Positions 58,009 to 64,000 of a stretch of DNA of 64,000 nucleotides are shown here, piece by piece; within the stretch, counting starts at the first letter, position 1; each line of letters starts with the position of its first letter. The DNA is from Macrostomum lignano (lineage: Eukaryota). The DNA lies in contig NIVC01000033.1 in NCBI GenBank assembly GCA_002269645.1, forward strand, positions 237,335 to 301,334, in the 5' to 3' direction. The notes under the pieces were generated by a model. The model made no database searches. It was given only the letters and a program-made list of their open reading frames with translations, and had not been told where the DNA came from. Position numbers and translations under genes: made by a program.

Positions 58009-61000
58009 TCAATGAGAGGCCAGCTGTTTTGCGCGTTTTTCAAAGTGCGCCCTGGACTTTTTGTCGGAAGAGTACCTGGCGTAGAGCTCCATCACCAGTA
58101 GGTCACGATCGTGGCCAGCTTCCTTTGTCAGGGGGAAAATCTGCGGGTTTTGGAGGGAATTCGATGCCTGGGTCAGTCGTTACTGGCTGCATTGACATTT
58201 GATTGGCACTGATTTGTACTAGTTTTTACAGAACTTTTCTGAAATATGTTTTTATGAGTAGTATATACTATTTCTAAGTGCTTTTTTTAAGATGAGCTTT
58301 GGGGAATGTACTTTTATTGGTAGTGAAAAACTGTTTAAATAAAATTTATCGACGGCCATATCTAAATACAAATCAGAAAGCCCAGCATAATTACCTGCTC
58401 TATCTCGGTCTCCAGCACCGACTGCAGCACCGACCGCGCCTGAACCTCGGCCGCTGACCCGACCGTGTGCAGCATGGCGGAGACGCCACAGCCCGCGATT
58501 GAGCAGTGGAAGAGCTCGTCGTACTCGTTGCACCAGGAAACCAGCTCGCAGAAGTCTTCGCGCTGGCTTCTATTACCGCCTGGCGAAGTCCTCAGCTCAG
58601 TCAGCCAGGTGCCCATCAGGTGCAGCCGGACCAGGTTCAGCCAGCGCCACTCGTCTCGGCCGCGCTCGCGATGGAATGGCGCTGCTCCGGTCACCAGAGC
58701 TTTGAATGCGCTGAGCAGGAGCCGGCGACTGGGCGAGCTGGAGCAGATCAGCACCTGGGTGAGTGGGTGAGGTGGTGGGCTGTCTTATCTACACCTGGGT
58801 GAGTGGGTGAGGTGGTGGGCTGTCTTATCTACACCTGGGTGAGTGGGTGAGGTGGTGGGCTGTCTTATCTACACCTGGGTGAGTGGGTGAGGTGGTGGGC
58901 TGTCTTATCTACACCTGGGTGAGTGGGTGAGGTGGTGGGCTGTCTTATCTACACCTGGGTGAGTGGGTGAGGTGGTGGGCTGTCTTATCTACACCTGGGT
59001 GAGTGGGTGAGGGTGGTGGGCTGTCTTATCAGCACCTGGGTGGTAATTAATCGTACGCTAGATCATTTCGCTGATACCCGAGCACACGAGCACACATGAG
59101 GACACATGAGTACACATGAGCACACATGAGCACACATGAGCACACAAACATACATGAGAACACATGAGAACACATGAGCACACATGAGCACACATAAACA
59201 CACATGAGCACACATGAGCACACATGAGCACGCATGATCACACATAAACACACATGAGCACACATGAGCACACATGAGCACACATGAGCACACATGAGCA
59301 CACATGAGCACACATGAGCACACATGAGCACACATGAGTACACATGAGCACACATGAGCACACATGAGCACACATGAGCACACATGAGCACACATGAGCA
59401 CACATGAGCACACATGAGCACACATGAGCACACATGAGCACACATGAGCACACATGAGCACACATGAGCACACATGAGCACACATGAGCACACATGAGCA
59501 CACATGAGCACACATGAGCACACATGAGCACACATGAGTACACATGAGTACACATGAGCACACATGAGCACACATGAGCACACATGAGCACACATGAGTA
59601 CACATGAGCACACATGAGCACACATGAGCACACATGTACTCGGAATTAGGTTTGCTAAAAATTTTGTGGCTCTCTAAACGTGCTCATGCTGCGGAATCGA
59701 GCCGGGGAATTTCGGCACCAAGTTGAGGTGAGTTGGGTTTCTGAGTTTGCAGACCTGCGCTACAATTTCCTGCGGATCCATCACCGAGTCGGGCTGGTCC
59801 AGCAGCATCCGGGTGGTCAACTGGCTCTTGGACTCCGGGCCGCCGCCGCCAGCTGAAGCTCCGTAGCTCGGCCTGATGTAGCTGCCCAAGTCGCTGGCCA
59901 GCTGGGTGTTCAGCGAATGCCACAGCGCCACAAAGTTGATGCGCAGCCGGTAGACGAAGCTGCAGTGCTGACTGTGCAGAATCGGCTTCTGGGTGGCCGG
60001 GAAAAACAGGCAGCGGATCCGGGGGTAGGCGGCCAGGAAGGCCGTGCCGCCGGGTCCGTGACATTCGGTCACGTGGTCCTCGTGCTCATCCTTAATCAGC
60101 TTGCAGCGGTAGAGCCAGGCGCAGTCAGTCTTGAGCAGGGCGTTCTCAACCATACTTGGCGTCAGGTTGGAAGCCTGAGCGGTGTGGAGTGGATAATTGG
60201 GGTACGGCTGAATTTTCAGGATTTTAATGACTTCGGGACTTTAGTGACTTCGGGACTATTATGACTTCGGGACTTCTATGACTTTTGGACTTTTATGACT
60301 TCCGCGGGACTTTTATGACTTCGGGACTTTTATGACTTCGGGACTTTTATGACTTCGGGACTTTTATGACTTCGGGACTTTTATGACTTCGGGACTTCTA
60401 TGACTTTTGGACTTTTATGACTTCCGCGGGACTTTTATGACTTCGGGACTATTATGACATCGGGACCTTTCTAACTTCGTGACTTTTATGACTTCGGGAC
60501 TTCTATGACTTTAGGACTTTTATGACTTCCGCGGGACTTTTATGACTTCGGGACTATTATGACATCGGGACCTTTCTGACTTCGTGACTTTTATGACTTC
60601 GGGACTTCTATGACTTTAGGACTTTTATGACTTCCGCGGGACTTTTATGACTTCGGGACTATTATGACTTCGGGACTTTTATGACTTTTGGACTTTTATG
60701 ACTTCGGGACTTCTATGACTTTAGGACTTTTATGACTTCGGGACTTTTATGACTTCGGGACTTTTATGACTTCGGGACTTTTATGACTTCGGGACTTTTA
60801 TGACTTCGGGACTTTTATGACTTCGGGACTTTTATGACTTCGGGACTTTTATGACTTCGGGACTTTTTATGACTTCGGGACTTTTATGACTTCGGGACTT
60901 TTATGACTTCGGGACTTTTATGACTTCGGGACTTTATGGCTCCGGGAATTCAAGACTTCAGGAAATTTGCAACTTAGGGACGATCACCATGGACACCCGG

Positions 61001-64000
61001 ACCCGTAGGACCGCCTCAGTCAGGCTGATTCACCTCGAAGCAGTCCGTCACGGAGATTTGTCCAGCCTGCATCAGAGTCTGGTGCGCCAGCCCCGCTCCC
61101 TGCCGCAGCTTCAGCGCCATCATGCAGCTCAAGCAGGCGGCGGCCGTGGTGGCGCACCGCCTCAGACTGCTAATCAGGGCGCTGAACTCCGCCGAAATGC
61201 CCTGGTCGGGCCGACACTCGTCCAGCAGGATGTCCAGCGCTCGGTACAGCCGAAATCCAACCATGGGGTAGTCGGCGAGCCCAGCGAGTTGGCTGGCTGT
61301 CGGGCGGCTCGCCGCCGCGCTGCTGCAGCCCGGGATGGTCATGAGCAGCGGCCGGAACACGAAATAAGAGCCGCTCAGGCCGCCACCGCCGCCGCCGCCG
61401 CTGCTGAAGTTGCCGAGGCCGCGCAGCCGAGAGATGTACGCGTCCACCTGGTCGGTGAGCAGGCGAGTCGGGTTGCTCAGCAGGCGGCACAGAAGCGCGC
61501 GGTCCACCAGCCCCACGACCGCCTCGTCGAACGGCACGCCGAGGCGCTGGTCAAAGAAGTTTCGAAAAGCGACGTTCCGCTGCGAGTTGCCTTTCTGCAG
61601 GCGCTGCTGCAGCTGCTGCTGATGTTCCAGAAGCTCCGCCATCAGCTGAAGGCCCCGACGTCCGCGGCTCAGCAACGATTCGCCATCGCCAATGTAGTTT
61701 CGGTGCTCGCGGCTGATGATGTACCACAGCAGCTGGCGGCAGTGCACCTCCGTGAACGGGCGAATCTTGTCCGGCAACGCCTGCGGCAGCGCTCTCAACA
61801 GCAGGTACTTCAGCAGCATGTACAGGTGGCCGCTAGCCTCACCCACGCGGCAGAACAGCGCCCTCTCCAGGCCGGAGAAGTCCACATCGGCTGCTGGCTC
61901 GGAGTTCTTCAAGCCCGACTGCTGCAGGTGCTGAACGTACGTGCGGGGCCGGATGGTGATCTGCGCGGCGTCCGCCTGCCAGTCTCCGGGCAGGCGCTGC
62001 AAGGAGCTCACGGCACGCCGAGTGAAATGGGGGCAGCAGGCCAGCTGCTCGGTGAACAGAACCTCCGGGTTGGCCGAGCTGCGGGAGAGGGTCACTGCGG
62101 GGGGAGAGGATCACTGCGGGGGGAGAGGACCACTGCGGGGGGAGAGGGTCACTGCGGGGGGGGGGAGAGGGTCACTGCGGGGGTAGAGGGTCACTGCGGG
62201 GGGGGGAGAGGGTCACTGCGGGGGTAGAGGGTCACTGCGGGGGGGGAGAGGGTCACTGCGGGGGGGAGAGGGTCAGGTCACTGCGGGGGAGAGGGTCACT
62301 GCGGGGGGAGATGGTCACTGCGGGGGGGAGAGGATCACTGCGGGGGGGAGAGGGTCACTGCGGGGGAGAGGGTCACTGCGGAAAGGAGGAGGGTCACCGC
62401 TGGTGGTTGGGTTGATGCGATTCCTGCAGTTTGCGAACATTGAAATGTCAGAATACTCTAGGAGTTGGAGCAGCTTAACAAGTACAGTGTCAGCTGTCAG
62501 CGGATGTAGTCTGTCAGGAATTGTGTCAGGTAAATAGGGTGTCACAGCACTGCTTGGGCTATCATGTCATGTAGTCTGTCATGTAGGATGTCATGAGCTA
62601 CAGTAGGATGTCATGAGCTACAGTAGGATGTCATGAGCTACAGTAGGATATCATGAGCTACAGTAGGATATCATGAGCTACAGTAGGATATCATGAGCTA
62701 CAGTAGGATGTCATGAGCTACAGTAGGATATCATGAGCTACAGTAGGATATCATGAGCTACAGTAGGATATCATGAGCTACAGTAGGATATCATGAGCTA
62801 CAGTAGGATATCATGAGCTACAGTAGGATATCATGAGCTACAGTAGGATGTCATGAGCTACAGTAGGATATCATGAGCTACAGTAGGATATCATGAGATA
62901 CAGTAGGATATCATGAGCTACAGTAGGATATCATGAGCTACAGTAGGATATCATGAGCTACAGTAGGATATCATGAGCTACAGTAGGATGTCATGAACTA
63001 CAATAGGATGTCATGAGCTACAATAGGATGTCATGAGCTACAATAGGATGTCATGAGCTACAGTATGATATCATGAGCTACAGTAGGATGTCAGGAGCTA
63101 CAGTAGGATATCATGAGCTACAGTAAGACGTAAGGGACTACAAAAGTGACTCATCAGTTTTCAAGCATTATTAGCAAACTCACGCTTATGCTTAATGCTT
63201 TGAGTCCTTTCAAGGTCGAGCACTTCGCCGTCCATGTTGACAACCAGGCCCATCCGCTTCATGATTGGGACTAAAGCTGAAATTCATACAAGCAATTGGG
63301 ATCTCTGAGTTGCATCTCGACTTCAGAGACCACTTCAGTCAATGTAAAGCGAGCTGATGGATCTGTCTGGAGGACATTGTTGGGGTCTGAAGGACTCTGT
63401 GGGGTCTGGAGGACATTGTTGGGGTCTGAAGGACTCTGTGGGGTCTGGAGGACTCTGTGGGGTCTGGAGGACATTGTTGGGGTCTGAAGGACTCTGTGGG
63501 GTCTGGAGGACTCTGTGGGGTCTGGAGGACATTGTTGGGGTCTGAAGGACTCTGTGGGGTCTGGAGGACTCTGTGGGGTCTGGAGGACTCTGTGGGGTCT
63601 GGAGGACATTGTTGGGGTCTGAAGGACTCTGTGGGGTCTGGAGGACTCTGTGGGGTCCGGAGGACACTGTGGATCTGGAGGACTCTGTGGGATCTCTATA
63701 AAGCATTTTGGAGTCTGGAAGACACTCTGGAGGAAACTGTGGGATCTGGAAGACCACAATGGCTTGCATAAGGCTTTCCTAAAAAGTTAAACTAAAAGAC
63801 AATAAAAGCTGTGGAAACCTTTGCTGAGCTGCAGAGAGCCAGTCTGCTCCGAGATATAGCAGATGAGGTTGTCCCGATTCGGGCACTGACAGTCCTCAAA
63901 GTGAACCACCAGGTCCTGATAGATGTACCGGCAGGAAACGCCGGAATCGAACCCGGGACGTCCGTTCATAGCGTAGAGATTGTAGCCCCAGCCTTCGGTG
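58009..64000 (-). CDS. Mab-21/cGAS-like receptor (cGLR) nucleotidyltransferase-fold protein with long C-terminal extension; 5' end outside window (at least 780 aa)
   Basis: Exons (minus) >64000-63819, 63276-63184, 62493-62398, 62094-61034, 60174-59755, 58754-58395, 58140-58009, phase-consistent; the two small exons have alternative acceptors. Mab-21 helix-bundle motifs VDFSGLERALF / HLYMLLKYLL / FTEVHCRQLLWYI / FRNFF align with human cGAS LSFSHIEKEIL / CLKLMKYLL / FSSYHVKTAFFHV / LENYF. N-terminal TEGWG..FDSGVSCRY lies at the GSxxEG..DxD position. Confidence 0.68.
58751..59042. repeat. 40-bp tandem repeat (~7 copies) containing the splice acceptor and first exon bases
   Basis: Minus-strand unit tagataagacagcccaccacctcacccactcacccagGTG. 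Confidence 0.95.
59085..59635. repeat. 10-bp minisatellite (cacatgagca)
   Basis: Intronic tandem array. Confidence 0.97.
60225..60940. repeat. 17-bp minisatellite (gacttcgggacttttat)
   Basis: Fills intron 60175-61033. Confidence 0.97.
62078..62400. repeat. ~16-22 bp minisatellite making up an entire intron (minus unit gtgaccctctccccccgca)
   Basis: Runs from the donor at 62397 through the acceptor at 62095; the last unit is exonic. Confidence 0.92.
62580..63125. repeat. 20-bp minisatellite (catgagctacagtaggatat)
   Basis: Intronic tandem array. Confidence 0.97.
63365..63720. repeat. 19-20 bp minisatellite (ggaggactctgtggggtct)
   Basis: Intronic tandem array. Confidence 0.95.

Noticed and set aside
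60920-62227. 435-aa + strand ORF
   Set aside because: Antisense shadow of the GC-rich cGLR-like exon; no recognisable motifs; starts and ends in repeats.
63940-63965. tRNA T-arm/B-box-like CCCGGGTTCGATTCCGG on the minus strand
   Set aside because: No A box or cloverleaf upstream; it is the in-frame PGFDSG of the coding exon.

Overview
Eukaryotic (animal) genomic DNA, not prokaryotic. It has GT-AG spliced genes with GC-rich exons, and almost every intron is filled with its own private micro/minisatellite. That architecture resembles a Macrostomum-type free-living flatworm (inference, not proven). Five genes were reconstructed by hand with phase-consistent splice junctions: (+) last exon of a long-chain acyl-CoA synthetase (65-202); (+) MFSD2-like Na+-coupled MFS transporter (7 exons, 3239-14549, 665 aa); (-) striatin (8 exons, 30806-19737, 859 aa); (-) an unidentified ~1350-aa coiled-coil protein (about 19 exons, 56030-33637); (-) a Mab-21/cGAS-like (cGLR) nucleotidyltransferase-fold protein, 5'-truncated by the window (>64000-58009), whose catalytic motif looks degenerate. 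Mobile elements: a 5'-truncated RTE-like LINE and at least three tRNA-headed SINEs. Most long ORFs in the supplied track are artefacts of tandem repeats, and there is no CRISPR array. The most interesting signals: (1) minisatellites that appear to be seeded from exon or splice-junction sequence, including one intron that looks born by tandem duplication of a coding 16-mer and a 4-kb array encoding the host protein's own ELNQQ(I/V)E heptad between two possible micro-introns; (2) an inverted, captured exon copy fused to a signal-peptide ORF next to a fold-back repeat; (3) the putative cGLR pseudo-enzyme.
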